A DNA stretch of 64,000 bases, from the IMG/VR virus record IMGVR_UViG_2902076858_000006; one strand, written 5' to 3'. This DNA comes from an uncultured virus (IMG/VR IMGVR_UViG_2902076858_000006) (taxonomy: Duplodnaviria; Heunggongvirae; Uroviricota; Caudoviricetes). Made by a program: the position numbers and the translations under genes. This document shows, one piece after another, positions 18,695 to 29,903 of the stretch; within the stretch, counting starts at the first letter, position 1; every line of letters begins with the position of its first letter. A model generated the notes under the pieces. That model saw nothing but the letters and a program-made list of their open reading frames with translations. It was not told the origin of the DNA and searched no databases.

Positions 18695-21600
18695 TGCTGA
18701 TATCACCAATAATAACAACGTTATTTCCAAACTCATCTTTGACATATAAATTTTGTTCTGTGAGGGAAGTACCACCATTACCGCCATAAAATTCTAATTT
18801 ATTATTTTTTACGTCAATAATAAAACCGGACTCCTCGGGATAATAATTATTGGAAGTAATGGCTTCTGATAAGACTAATCTTCTGATCATAGCTTTATCA
18901 ATTAGCGCATCTCGAATAAAAAACTGTCCATTTTTTGCTGACATAAACAGTTCCATTTGGTTATTTTTAGGATTATAAAAGGCAAAGTTATTCGCATTAA
19001 ATCCAATATAAGAAGTGATCTTCTTATTTTTAATTTCTGCGCTTACCACAAGGCCACCAGCATTATATTTAATATTATCTTGCATAATGGTAATGTTCAT
19101 TGAATGCCTCGCATATCCACCTGATTGCGTAAATTGTGCATTCATCTTTTGATTAACAATGCCTGACTGCTGATTAAACTTGGCTTGAACCTGTTGTTGA
19201 TAAGTTGATTGAGCTTGTGTTATTGAGGAAATAGCTTCCTTTTGGGTAATAATATCCGCTTCCGTGTTTTCTATTTGAGTTCGGATCTCTTTAATGTCCG
19301 TTTCTGTCTGTTCGCTGTATTTTTCAAACTTCCGAGATAAACGGTACTCATTATAACGTAGTCTTTTAACGGTGGTTTCATTCCAATCGACTGTTTCACT
19401 CAGTGTTTTCCATGCTTGGGTGTCTTGTAATTCTTTATCTAAATTCTCTAATATTTCTCGGGTGTGGCTCTCCGGTTGCCCTCTTCCTTCCACAAATTTT
19501 GAATACCCTACGGCATTCACACTACGAACATAAATATAATAGGTATACCCTGCTTTTAGGTTTCTGCCTTGAATAACCCACATAGAGCTAACACCTAAAT
19601 ATTCCGCACGACTTTCCACTTCGCGAATATCCGTGATCTGTTTTTCTGAAAACCAAAACTCATACTGCGCACGTAGGCTATTTTGACCACCAGAACGCGG
19701 AATAACACCCAAGCTAAAATAACCCGACTCCACTTCAATATAACTCGGTGGTAATGGTGGATTAATCGCAAATGAAGTTGTGGCCACATCGCCTTTTTGT
19801 TTCCGATCATTTTGAGGTACAACGGATAAAACATAATTGTCCTGAGGTAAACCACCAAAACGATACATCGTGTCCGTAGTTGATGCAGTACCGACAATGC
19901 GATCACCCGTAGTGAGTTTTAATAAAAAATCGACTCCTCGACTGGAATAAGGCGTATTCCAACTGGCTTCCACTTGCCACGCGCTCGCATCCGATTCGAT
20001 ATCCACAGAAAGATTTTCAACTGGTGGGATAAATCCACCTAATGGTGTATCGGGTTTTGGCTCAAACTTAGCGCCTTTATCAACAATTGCCTCTTTTTCT
20101 GGGGTATGTTGCACTGCGATAACCGTAAAACTGCCATCACCGTTATCTGCCAAACTGATGGCACGAAATAATCGACGACGTAAAGACGGGAGCGTTAACG
20201 TCCAAACTCCACCTTCTTTTAATCCTAATGGTAAGGTACCTAGCTTTATTTGATTGGATGCGGGATAACCCAGCACTTCATACGATTGCGGTTCACCGCG
20301 AGCATTAATGAGTGTGACGCTTGATTTACCACTTTTTGGCGTGTCGATATTGCGATCTAAGGTTAATGTTTGAGAGGTATAATCAATGTGTGTTAGCCGT
20401 CCACCAATTTGATTGTCCGCGTAATAGTTATCGGCAATTTCGATAATATCACCCGGCATATGGCGTAAACCTTCACTACCGACAGTAAACTCAACTGTCT
20501 GCGTCTCTAATTTCTCAGTCGTTAATAACCAAAGACCATGACGATGAGCCTGCCCTCTGCTAGTGCAACCAAAGGCATCGACGCGCATCACATTACGCCC
20601 AAAGCGGGCAATGCTGGCATCATCCTCAACCAACTCAACACTGGTTTTCCAGCCATTATCGGAATCGATAAAACGAACCTCGACAGCAGTATGGCGCGAT
20701 TTTAATGCACTAAAACTATACTGAAAATTACCATCAATCACGTTGGCGTTAGTATATGGCCACACCACATCAGACGGTCTGTCTTGAATAAAGGTTAATG
20801 TTCGTCCATTCCAGACTGGCATAATGCGCATCATGGCGCACATATCACCCATGACATCATAGGCTTTGCGCATATCCGTAATGTAGGCATTGCACGTCAT
20901 GCGAGGCTCTTTCCCACCGAACCCATCATCAACCTGCTCATCACAATAACGGCCAATCGCATATAGGGCGAATTTATCGACCTCGCTGATATTGAGCCGT
21001 TTCCCCATGCCATAACGTGGATGGGTTAACAAATCCCATAATATCCATGCAGGATTATTGGTAAATGCAGGTTTAAAGGTGCCATCCCAAATACCAGAGT
21101 AAATCCGTTTATCCGGATCATAATTATTCGGCACCTGAATAATACGGCCTTTAATTAAATAATTACGGCGAGGAAATTTATTACCAAACTGTTCACTATC
21201 AAACATTAATCCCGCAACCGCAGAACCCGGATAAGTTTGTGAAATATCGACTAACTCAGAATAGCTCGACCAAACGGTATTATTTTGAATTTTGTCAGAG
21301 GTGCTATCTTGAGTGATACGGATCATGCGTACACTAAACGGAACGGGCGGTAAATCATTCAACACAACCGCCATCAAATAAGGTGAGTTAGAGCGTTTAC
21401 CATTAATTGTGACGTTTTTCTCAGTTATCCATGCCCCGTTGCGTTGTATTTGGATCTGTAATTGAACAGAGGTTGGTATGCGGTCACCATTATCTTTTGT
21501 TTCAACCAGCGCCTGCGTACCAAAAGTCAGGCGTAAACGGTCAATGTTAGGCGAGGTAATGGTACGAGTAACCGGTGAATTATATTTAACCTCAATCCCT

Positions 21601-21887
21601 ACCGGCACTTCATTCGCAGATGCCGTGAAGCCACTCATTGCCGGTTGCTCTAATGTTCCCGCTCGCCATTGTGCATACATCCCATTAATGGTGCTATTGC
21701 CAGAACCATCTATCACCGGTGTATCATCTAAATAAATACATCCTAAATCATCCATCGAGCCTTGAACGTGGATCGGCCCTTCGATTGGGCCTTCACTGAT
21801 TAAATCAATTAATGAGGCTTTTTGGCGTGATGTTAAATCGTTTGGTGCCTCATACGGTGTTTTTTGACCGCCACCACCTTTACCCAT
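18684..21887 (-). CDS. J: Lambda-like tail tip/host specificity protein J
   Basis: MGKGGG..PYEAPNDL, DLISEGPIEG, YSGIWDGTFKPA.TNNPAW, FN3 repeats, coiled-coil C-terminus. Confidence 0.95.
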   Translation of the reverse strand: MGKGGGGQKTPYEAPNDLTSRQKASLIDLISEGPIEGPIHVQGSMDDLGCIYLDDTPVIDGSGNSTINGMYAQWRAGTLEQPAMSGFTASANEVPVGIEVKYNSPVTRTITSPNIDRLRLTFGTQALVETKDNGDRIPTSVQLQIQIQRNGAWITEKNVTINGKRSNSPYLMAVVLNDLPPVPFSVRMIRITQDSTSDKIQNNTVWSSYSELVDISQTYPGSAVAGLMFDSEQFGNKFPRRNYLIKGRIIQVPNNYDPDKRIYSGIWDGTFKPAFTNNPAWILWDLLTHPRYGMGKRLNISEVDKFALYAIGRYCDEQVDDGFGGKEPRMTCNAYITDMRKAYDVMGDMCAMMRIMPVWNGRTLTFIQDRPSDVVWPYTNANVIDGNFQYSFSALKSRHTAVEVRFIDSDNGWKTSVELVEDDASIARFGRNVMRVDAFGCTSRGQAHRHGLWLLTTEKLETQTVEFTVGSEGLRHMPGDIIEIADNYYADNQIGGRLTHIDYTSQTLTLDRNIDTPKSGKSSVTLINARGEPQSYEVLGYPASNQIKLGTLPLGLKEGGVWTLTLPSLRRRLFRAISLADNGDGSFTVIAVQHTPEKEAIVDKGAKFEPKPDTPLGGFIPPVENLSVDIESDASAWQVEASWNTPYSSRGVDFLLKLTTGDRIVGTASTTDTMYRFGGLPQDNYVLSVVPQNDRKQKGDVATTSFAINPPLPPSYIEVESGYFSLGVIPRSGGQNSLRAQYEFWFSEKQITDIREVESRAEYLGVSSMWVIQGRNLKAGYTYYIYVRSVNAVGYSKFVEGRGQPESHTREILENLDKELQDTQAWKTLSETVDWNETTVKRLRYNEYRLSRKFEKYSEQTETDIKEIRTQIENTEADIITQKEAISSITQAQSTYQQQVQAKFNQQSGIVNQKMNAQFTQSGGYARHSMNITIMQDNIKYNAGGLVVSAEIKNKKITSYIGFNANNFAFYNPKNNQMELFMSAKNGQFFIRDALIDKAMIRRLVLSEAITSNNYYPEESGFIIDVKNNKLEFYGGNGGTSLTEQNLYVKDEFGNNVVIIGDISNEE

Positions 21888-21901
21888 AATACAAACTCCT
21901 C

Positions 21902-22552
21902 TTATCCGCCGTGTTTACCTGCATCGATATCTTCACCGTCACTGTCATCCATAATTTCAACAGATTGTGAAATGACCCGTGAACCACACATGATTTCACC
22001 GTAGGCAATAGGAACCGGCATTCCTTGAGCAACCGCGTTATCAAGATTGCTAAAATAGGTGTTACCTTTTTCTTCATCACTACGAGATAAATTAGGTGGC
22101 TTAGGAGATGGGATCAGCATTTGAGCGACACCACCAATCATCATGGCTGCACCCCCCGCCATTAAGGAAGTGGCAACTGTTGCGGAGATCCACGCAGGCC
22201 CCCACCATCCCAAAGAAAATAAGGCAGCACCCGCAACAAACTGAAAAACGCCGACGTTTTTAGCGCCTGATAATTTAGGCACAATATGAACGACCGCGTT
22301 ATCTGGTAAGGTTTCATTGAATTTTTGGTTAATTTCTTGCGGGGAAATATCGGTACCGGCAATTCGCACTTGATACCAACCATCACGAATCGCTAAACGT
22401 AAGGCGGGAATTTGAATAAAAAGCGCGTGAAGCCCTTCAGATGCGGTACTGACATTCAAATCAAAGCGACGTCCAAATCGTTGCAAATTCCCGTAAAGTC
22501 GGAAGGTTGCCAATCGCGGTAACGCCAGATTGAGTGCGTCATTCGTTGCCAT
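21902..22552 (-). CDS. I: Tail assembly protein I
   Basis: LYGNLQRFGRRFDL, QGMPVPIAYGEIMCGSRVIS. Confidence 0.92.
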   Translation of the reverse strand: MATNDALNLALPRLATFRLYGNLQRFGRRFDLNVSTASEGLHALFIQIPALRLAIRDGWYQVRIAGTDISPQEINQKFNETLPDNAVVHIVPKLSGAKNVGVFQFVAGAALFSLGWWGPAWISATVATSLMAGGAAMMIGGVAQMLIPSPKPPNLSRSDEEKGNTYFSNLDNAVAQGMPVPIAYGEIMCGSRVISQSVEIMDDSDGEDIDAGKHGG

Positions 22553-23184
22553 CGTTCGTTATACTCCTCACGTTTGCTCAGTTGGTTTGGAATGTGATGC
22601 AAAATCATTTGGTTGCCTAGATAGATCCCTGCGTGATTAGCGCGAGAGCTGGCATAACAACACAAAATAATATCGCCCGGCTGGACTTCTCTTTTTACCT
22701 GCCGAAAACCACTGCTCACCATGTTATCGAGATACAATTCTTTGCCTTGGCGCCACCAATTATCGTGACGCTCAAAATCTGGTAGTTCATGCCCTGCTAA
22801 ATGGTAAGCATCTCGAAACAACCCATAACAGTCTGTTGAACCATGAATAAATTGACGACCTAATAGATGAGGTACTGGTTGATAGCAGTGAATTTTTTCA
22901 TCACAAACCACCCACCACGGTAACGCACTGTTCACCTGCAGTTGTCGGTCTAATGTACTGAGGTACTGTTTACCGTCAGGATGACTATGCACAACAGCAA
23001 TCACTTCACCCTGCTGTTCGGAGCGAATAAAATCATCAAAAGAAATCGTGAAGTGGTTTTTCGGATTAGCGTGCTGATTAACACAAGGCAAATACTGTTC
23101 ACCCTGTGCGGTACTTATCAATAAGCCACACGCCTCCAATGACGCTTGCTCTTTTGCATGCGCCAAAATTGCTTGTTCAATCAT
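22456..23184 (-). CDS. K: Tail assembly protein K (JAB + NlpC/P60)
   Basis: VHSHP, TDCYGL, NHAGIY. Confidence 0.92.
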   Translation of the reverse strand: MIEQAILAHAKEQASLEACGLLISTAQGEQYLPCVNQHANPKNHFTISFDDFIRSEQQGEVIAVVHSHPDGKQYLSTLDRQLQVNSALPWWVVCDEKIHCYQPVPHLLGRQFIHGSTDCYGLFRDAYHLAGHELPDFERHDNWWRQGKELYLDNMVSSGFRQVKREVQPGDIILCCYASSRANHAGIYLGNQMILHHIPNQLSKREEYNERWQRMTHSIWRYRDWQPSDFTGICNDLDVALI

Positions 23185-23205
23185 AAGAAACACCTTAGGA
23201 GGGAA

Positions 23206-23910
23206 TTAATTATTACCAATGCGGGAGGTGGAAACAAATGCCCCTATACGTGATTCGTTTTTTCGTAACTTACAATCACTAAGACGTTTACCGCATTTGT
23301 CCTTTAATGGATCGCTGGTTGGCTTTCCCCATTCATCGGCAACAGGAAGGCCTTTATATCCGCACTCTTCAGAGCGATAGCCCCAAGGGCAGATATCCGA
23401 CAAAATCACGCGACCAGGAAGCATTAATCCATCGGTTTCACTGGGTGTCGCCAACATAAAAGTGGCAGTCACTGAATTTAAACTGGTCATCTGCTCAATG
23501 ATCCAGCGTGTCACAATTTCTTGTGATGGATCAGCATTAGGATTGCCTTGAGGAAAATTGACCGCATCCAAAAATTGGGTGCTGACAATGCGACGTACCA
23601 CCAGCCCACCAATTGCACTATCTAACTGACTGGCAATCCCTGTAATCAGCCTGAATAAATTCGACAATGTAATAGTGGGACGCCCTGAGGGACCTTTGCC
23701 ATTAAAGGTAAATCCTTCGCCTTTCACGGGGTAAGGCTCATAGGTGTTTCCTTGCCAGATTAACGGTTCTTTACGCTGATTGAGTCCATCAAAAAAGCGG
23801 TACCGAATACCGCCTATTTTAGTTAAATCAAATTCGTAAAGTTCAAGTAAAGCATCAGTGGAGGAGAGTTCGGTAACACTAATTCGCATTTCAGGAGGAA
23901 TATGTTGCAT
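23206..23910 (-). CDS. L: Minor tail protein L
   Basis: WQGNTYEPYP, C-terminal Cys cluster. Confidence 0.92.
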   Translation of the reverse strand: MQHIPPEMRISVTELSSTDALLELYEFDLTKIGGIRYRFFDGLNQRKEPLIWQGNTYEPYPVKGEGFTFNGKGPSGRPTITLSNLFRLITGIASQLDSAIGGLVVRRIVSTQFLDAVNFPQGNPNADPSQEIVTRWIIEQMTSLNSVTATFMLATPSETDGLMLPGRVILSDICPWGYRSEECGYKGLPVADEWGKPTSDPLKDKCGKRLSDCKLRKNESRIGAFVSTSRIGNN

Positions 23911-23922
23911 ATTAGCTCCAAT

Positions 23923-23943
23923 AAAAAACCCGCCAAAGCGGGT
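23923..23943 (-). terminator. Moron terminator upstream of L
   Basis: ACCCGC-TTTG-GCGGGT then T-run. Confidence 0.75.
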
Positions 23944-24369
23944 CAAAACCACAATACTTTTTTATATTATGAGCAATAGTTAGGTATGATGAAGATAATT
24001 TTTATATTTAAATAAATTATAAATGAATGTCTTTCATATAATGAGATAAATAAATGCAGATTAAAGCATTAAAAATTAAATTATATTTTTATTGAATAAC
24101 TAGGATTATAATTATTTTATTCTTCGTCTATCTACAGATTGTAATACACTAAATTTTCTTGCCACAATAATATCTTGCGGTTTATTATTTTTTCTTCACT
24201 ACTCTCATTGGGTTTTAGCTTTGATTTATATGAAGTTCCCATCATAGCCCAAAATGTAATTCTATCCATAAACGCCTTCGATTATTTTATAAATTATATC
24301 TGTAGATAATTATTTGATTACTAGCTTAAACTAATAAAATAATGAGCATTTAAATACAATAATTATTTA

Positions 24370-24903
24370 TCAATGAGAGTTAAGAAATGAATTATACTTT
24401 TTATCAATATCATTTATAAAATCTTCAACAACTCTCATACAATTTACTAGTTTATCTTCTGTGATTTGCGTTTCTTGACCATCCATATTAAATCCATTCC
24501 TATGAATAAGATCATGTCTCGTTTCTAATAAAGAAAGTAATTCTCTACTGATGTTAAACTTGATATTAAAAACATGTTTAAAGTATCCTTCTATATCATT
24601 TAAGCGATGCCAAACTAAATTTTTCATCTTATCAATAAGAATATTATCAATATCATTCATTGATAGATTTATTGCTTTAACTAACGGTAGGTTATCGGCA
24701 TTAAATTTCCCATGAGAAGATAACTTAATCAGATATTTTCTATTTTTTGTAATCTCATTGATAAATAAGCCTGATAAATACTGTTCCATTAAGCTGATCA
24801 CATTAGAATAATATAATTTATTATGGAAAGGATCTTTGCTTTGATTTCTTATATTTTCAATCCCTGATCGAAATATATTATAAAATGGATTATTAGTAGT
24901 CAT
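24370..24903 (-). CDS. HEPN-domain protein (moron)
   Basis: MEQYLS and RHDLIHRNG (RX4H); AT-rich insert in tail operon. Confidence 0.75.
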   Translation of the reverse strand: MTTNNPFYNIFRSGIENIRNQSKDPFHNKLYYSNVISLMEQYLSGLFINEITKNRKYLIKLSSHGKFNADNLPLVKAINLSMNDIDNILIDKMKNLVWHRLNDIEGYFKHVFNIKFNISRELLSLLETRHDLIHRNGFNMDGQETQITEDKLVNCMRVVEDFINDIDKKYNSFLNSH

Positions 24904-25195
24904 TGGGTTGATACTCCACTTTTATATGGTTCAATATCTCCTCATTCTGTGATCCAATTTCTAAATTCCAATCGATACCTGTATTTGAAGAATAAATATT
25001 TATCATATATTCGTTACCCTCATCATCTTCAAATGAATCATCATTTTCAATGACACTATCTCTATATCTATCAGCAAGTAAATTGAATGAAGGTACACTC
25101 ACAACCGCAAGCTCTTTATTGTCTTTTAAAATCACTAAATAGCCACCAAACACAGCAGGTAAATCTTCATTACCCTCTAAAGTGAATTTCGACAT
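24893..25195 (-). CDS. Acidic small protein overlapping the HEPN gene
   Basis: GGAG SD, D/E-rich, 11-bp overlap with the next gene. Confidence 0.65.
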   Translation of the reverse strand: MSKFTLEGNEDLPAVFGGYLVILKDNKELAVVSVPSFNLLADRYRDSVIENDDSFEDDEGNEYMINIYSSNTGIDWNLEIGSQNEEILNHIKVEYQPNDY

Positions 25196-25330
25196 TATTA
25201 ATTCTCCCACACTAATCTCGCTATAAAAGAAAAATGTAAGCATACTCTATACATGTATCAGAGACAAAAAAATCATTTTCCTCTTCTATCCTTTATTTTC
25301 AGACTGATTACACATTAATAATTAATTTTT

Positions 25331-25660
25331 TTAATTAACCACTTGCTCAAATTCGGCTTCAATTTCACTGCGCATTAGTTTGACTTGTTCTGACCATTTA
25401 CGGCAAATCACTTTGATATAGTCAGCTTGGTATGGAGGTTGCCAAAGAAAGGCTTTAACACCTTGATGTTTTGCTAAAAAACGATCGATTTCTTGTGATT
25501 CAGCGTGTGTCGATAGAAATGTAACATTATATTTGGCTGTATTAGAATTTAATCCGTCAGGTCGTCGTTGTTCATAACCCTCCCCCAGTTTTACCGATTT
25601 CACTCTAGGTTCAGATACTTTGGTCATATCGGGCTTCACTTTCCATTTAAAAACGTCCAT
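25331..25660 (-). CDS. M: Minor tail protein M
   Basis: GEGYEQRRPDGLN, GVKAFLWQPP, FEQVVN. Confidence 0.92.
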   Translation of the reverse strand: MDVFKWKVKPDMTKVSEPRVKSVKLGEGYEQRRPDGLNSNTAKYNVTFLSTHAESQEIDRFLAKHQGVKAFLWQPPYQADYIKVICRKWSEQVKLMRSEIEAEFEQVVN

Positions 25661-25667
25661 ATACCTC

Positions 25668-28664
25668 CTATATTCCACCACCGTCACGACGCTGATTTAA
25701 AATGTAATCTTGAGCACCTCGCTTGCTGATTTCATAGATTTTTTTCAACACTTGAGGCCCTATTTGCCCATGACTGCTTTCATTTTGAATAGTGACATTA
25801 TTGATTTGAGTGAATCCTGCACCTTGATTCGGTATTTTAGCAACAACACCTAATTTGCCATCAATCCCTCGGCGAAGAGGAAAAATACCTTCTGGCCCAG
25901 CTTCACCCATCACTCCTGCACCTTTAGCAAAAGCAAATAATGTAGGGCGATTAACAATATGCCCACTATAACGGCTAAGGCTTGATGAGGAATAAACACC
26001 ACCTTTTGCATTAGCGACAGGTGCACTAAAACTACCAAAACCGAAGGCTTCTAGACCTTTTATTAAAGCCATTTTAACTAAGATATTCGTGATCATTTTA
26101 AATATCGATTTAGTGAATGCTTTAAAATCGGCTTCTCTTTCTACTAATACATCTGTTAACTGGCCACTAAATCCGTCTAATGCCATTGATGTGGCATTTT
26201 TAACTTGCGTGTTAACATCTAATGCTGTCTCACGATAATCAGCCCACGCACTTTTCGCCCCTGCTAACCAGTTGCTTCGTTGATCGTCCTCCGCTTCAAA
26301 TATTTTTTGTTGCTCTGCGACCATCATGGATAATTGGGGATTATCTTTATTGTCTGTTAATAGTTGTTCTCGCTGATTATTTCGTTGAATTTCTTGGCGA
26401 GAAAGTCCTGCATTTGCCTCTATTGCTTGACGTTTTTTAATTTGTTGAGTGAGATATTTTTCAGCTTGTGCTTGCATCTTGTTTAAGCATTGCTGTAATG
26501 CGATTTCATCGCCAATTAATGCTAATTTTTCTTTTTGTGAGAGGATATTATCTTTGTGAACTAATAACGATTTTTCAGTTACCGTTAATTGTCGAGACTG
26601 AGAGGCTTGTTCTAAGAGGGTAAATTGCGCTTGTTGTTTTTGAAAGTCTTTACGTTGTTGGCTAATTTGTTGATGCGTATTGTGATGTTTTCTGAGTACA
26701 TCAAGCTGGGCTTGTAATGCGAATAAATCACGCGAGGCGTTCTCCTCTTCGCGCTTTCCAGCAGAGACGCGATTATCACTTCCTCGTCCCCTTCCTGGTA
26801 TTTGACGATCTCTTAATCGATAATTGATCATCGCTTTAGCTTCTTCATACTGATCTTTGGTTAAGGCATATTTCTCTTTTTCTAATTCAGCTAATTTTTT
26901 TAGCCGTTGTGTTTCCCAACTATAAAAACTTCGCCATTTCTCTTGTAATCTGATTTGGTTCACTTCTAATTGATTTGCCACCACTTCTGCTTGTTTTTGT
27001 GCATTCTTAAGATCAATATCGCTCACTTGCTCTTTTAAAGTGGCGATTTTTGCTCTGATTTCATCAAGACGATATTGAGGAGTGATCACAATATTACTGA
27101 GGCTCTTTAATAATGACTCTTGCTCTCTAATTTGATCGTTTAATGTCTCTGTACGCCCAATATTGAGCATGGCGTCCCAGCTTTTTTTCACTGTATTTTT
27201 TATACTTACCCATGCTGACTCTAAATACCCAAGATTTTCAACAATATCATTAGCACCATCATTGATAGATTGCGCATAAGCATCAATCGCTAGTTTAGCA
27301 GCTTGCGTTTTATGCCCTTGTAATTCGAGAGTTCGGATTTGCTCTAGTTGGGATGCTGTAAGGTGGTGATTCGCTTTTTCTAGTTCAAGCGACATTTGAA
27401 GCGGTTCATCTTGCAAGCGTTTAAACTGATCAATTGTGGTATCGATCGCCTGCCCTGTGATGTAATTCATCTGTGCAGCCGCTTTTGAAACACGAGAAAT
27501 CTCATTATTTGAAAATACACCTGTACCGATGACACTCGAAATTGATGATGCCATTTCACCGCGAGTGATACCGCCACCAGCAAGGGTTCGTGCCATTTCA
27601 TTTAATTGGCTCGCAGATTTATTGGCGTAGTTACCCGTTAATATTAGTTGTTTATTAAACTGAGAAAACTCTCTTTCTGCATCATAAGCTAATTTTGCAA
27701 CGCCAGTTAAACCTACAGTGATCCCTCCCCAAATACCACCACGAACCAGCGAGCCCATATTAAAGGAGTTAGCAATACCTTGAAGGCGACCAGATAATGA
27801 TTTGCTATTTTTATCAAACTCTTTGGTTTCTTTGCTTGATTCAGATAATCGACAAATATAGATCTCGGCTGAAGAGCTCACACCAAGTTGAGAGGCCTGA
27901 TAGCGCAACATCTGTTCACGGCTTAAATTTTGAGTAGCAACTTGCTCCTTTAACCGCTGAATAAATCGTGTTTTTTGTTGTGTGAGAGTCTCTTCTTCTC
28001 GGCGTAACTTCATTGACTCTGAAGTAATGGCAGAAATAAGCACTTGGTAATCGCGTTGATGAATGGTGCCTTTTTTAACTTCTTGGTTTAGTTGAGCCTG
28101 AATGACTCTTAAGGCTGATTCACTACCTGATAATCCTTTAACGGCTTCAATTTGCTTGAAATATTTTTCAGTGTTCGCATCTTGTTGGTCTTGTATTGCC
28201 CTTATTCTTGATTTAGTGACATTCTGTACTTCAGCGAATTGCTCACCTGTAATTTTTAGTTTGTCATAAGCCTTCATTGATTTATTCAAAACATCAGTGA
28301 GTTGTTCGAGTGCATTCCTCGTTTGAACAACACTTTGAGCTTGCTCTATAAAAGCATCTGCTTGTTTGCGTGATTCAATAGCTGCACGCGCCTCTTCTTG
28401 AGCAATCCGTTGATAATAATCTGCACGTTGTTGCTGAGAAATTTCTTGTTGATTGTTAAGTTCTTGAAGAGACTGCGCGGTACTCTCTGCTGAACTACGA
28501 GCTGATTGTACCTGTTGTTCGACCAATTGAGTCATGCGCCGTTGGCTGGCTTCAGCTTTTTCTGCTGTTTCTTGCAGTTGACGTTCAACCCGCCCCATTT
28601 GTTGACCAAACTCTACTGTATCCACACTTAAATTAATCGTTAGATCGGCAATTTGTTGGCTCAT
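25668..28664 (-). CDS. H: Tail tape measure protein H
   Basis: Long helical protein; FAKGAGVMGEAGPE near C-terminus; position. Confidence 0.93.
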   Translation of the reverse strand: MSQQIADLTINLSVDTVEFGQQMGRVERQLQETAEKAEASQRRMTQLVEQQVQSARSSAESTAQSLQELNNQQEISQQQRADYYQRIAQEEARAAIESRKQADAFIEQAQSVVQTRNALEQLTDVLNKSMKAYDKLKITGEQFAEVQNVTKSRIRAIQDQQDANTEKYFKQIEAVKGLSGSESALRVIQAQLNQEVKKGTIHQRDYQVLISAITSESMKLRREEETLTQQKTRFIQRLKEQVATQNLSREQMLRYQASQLGVSSSAEIYICRLSESSKETKEFDKNSKSLSGRLQGIANSFNMGSLVRGGIWGGITVGLTGVAKLAYDAEREFSQFNKQLILTGNYANKSASQLNEMARTLAGGGITRGEMASSISSVIGTGVFSNNEISRVSKAAAQMNYITGQAIDTTIDQFKRLQDEPLQMSLELEKANHHLTASQLEQIRTLELQGHKTQAAKLAIDAYAQSINDGANDIVENLGYLESAWVSIKNTVKKSWDAMLNIGRTETLNDQIREQESLLKSLSNIVITPQYRLDEIRAKIATLKEQVSDIDLKNAQKQAEVVANQLEVNQIRLQEKWRSFYSWETQRLKKLAELEKEKYALTKDQYEEAKAMINYRLRDRQIPGRGRGSDNRVSAGKREEENASRDLFALQAQLDVLRKHHNTHQQISQQRKDFQKQQAQFTLLEQASQSRQLTVTEKSLLVHKDNILSQKEKLALIGDEIALQQCLNKMQAQAEKYLTQQIKKRQAIEANAGLSRQEIQRNNQREQLLTDNKDNPQLSMMVAEQQKIFEAEDDQRSNWLAGAKSAWADYRETALDVNTQVKNATSMALDGFSGQLTDVLVEREADFKAFTKSIFKMITNILVKMALIKGLEAFGFGSFSAPVANAKGGVYSSSSLSRYSGHIVNRPTLFAFAKGAGVMGEAGPEGIFPLRRGIDGKLGVVAKIPNQGAGFTQINNVTIQNESSHGQIGPQVLKKIYEISKRGAQDYILNQRRDGGGI

Positions 28665-28976
28665 ATCGCACTCCGCCCGCCATTCCTTCGCTAATTGTCA
28701 TCATTGTTTCAGCCTTCATTTCATCAGTATCTTCCTTATTTAATAAGGTGAAGTCGGCTAATGAGCAATTTTCCTTCCCTGTTAATGCCATCATTATGGT
28801 GCAATTTAATCCCGCAAACACCCAATCATAAAAAGGGAGCGTAAACGGCACTTCACCGAAATAGCGCCCCCAGTCCGCAAGTTCACTAGACGACATTTCA
28901 CTCAGCATTTTATGCCAATCTAATCGCCTGAATTCATGAGCTAAACGTAAAATAAATTGATATTCGCGGGTTCTTA
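28633..28976 (-). CDS. T: Tail assembly chaperone T segment, expressed as GT by -1 frameshift
   Basis: Open -1 frame reads ..FILRLAHEFRRLDWHKMLSEMSSSELADW.., like lambda gpT. Confidence 0.85.
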
Positions 28977-29375
28977 CTTTTCCAATGACTCATAAGATGT
29001 GGGTTCTCCATTTTCTTCTGGAGGAGAAGATTCTGATGAAGGGTTACTGGGTAACATATCACTCAGTAATAACACTTCTTTTGCCACACTCTCTAACATG
29101 CTAGGAGGCCATGTATTAATAACCTCTTTGTAAACATCATTTACCTCTTGAGGTTCTCGTTGTAGTAATGCACAAGAAACTAACCAAGCATTTGCTTCTA
29201 CGGATAAACGTAAATAAAAAGCCGTGCGTTTAATGTCATCATTGTTTTTCTCTGGCGCTTTGTGTTCCGATTGTTCAACAAGAAAATCGAAATATTCAAC
29301 TCGTTGTAGTGCTGATAATTCATGTATCACAATATTATTTTCACCATAACTAAGTGTTTTTTGTTTTAAAAACAT
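28974..29375 (-). CDS. G: Tail assembly chaperone G
   Basis: MFLK..ELSALQRVEY; slippery GGAAAAG at 28977-28983. Confidence 0.9.
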   Translation of the reverse strand: MFLKQKTLSYGENNIVIHELSALQRVEYFDFLVEQSEHKAPEKNNDDIKRTAFYLRLSVEANAWLVSCALLQREPQEVNDVYKEVINTWPPSMLESVAKEVLLLSDMLPSNPSSESSPPEENGEPTSYESLEK

Positions 29376-29404
29376 AATTTATTCCTCTTCTTCAGTAAGT
29401 TGAG

Positions 29405-29896
29405 TTACTTTTTTATTATTACAGGTGAGTTAGGCAAAGTTTCAGCCAATGTAGGACGGCCATTGTTGGTAATTTTAATTGTGCGAGTGATCATTTCTTT
29501 GGCGGTAACCGTTTTACCTAATGCACTTATCCAACCTTGGTAAATATCGACAGCACCATTAGGAAAACGAATGCGATAGTAACAAACACTTCCTTTATCA
29601 AACCAACGAATGATCTCTTTTTGCCCTAGTTCATTAGGCAACCATGCCAGTGTAATGCTCGCTTCACCCGCTGATTTCTCACCTTGCGTGGTTATTTTCC
29701 AATCCGCATTTTCATCATCAAGATAAGTGTCGTCTTGACTTTCAGCGGTAATTTCTCCGGGTTGAAGTTCTTTAACTTTGGCTATTTTTATCCAATCTGT
29801 ATCTGAAAAAGGGGCTTCCAATGGGTTATTTTCACCGAGATAAAGCCATAATGTGGTACCTGTACCTTTAATCGGCGTCAGTGGGGTTGTAGTCAT
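29405..29896 (-). CDS. V: Tail tube protein V
   Basis: [30 protein letters not shown]. Confidence 0.92.
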   Translation of the reverse strand: MTTTPLTPIKGTGTTLWLYLGENNPLEAPFSDTDWIKIAKVKELQPGEITAESQDDTYLDDENADWKITTQGEKSAGEASITLAWLPNELGQKEIIRWFDKGSVCYYRIRFPNGAVDIYQGWISALGKTVTAKEMITRTIKITNNGRPTLAETLPNSPVIIKK

Positions 29897-29903
29897 AATC
29901 GCC

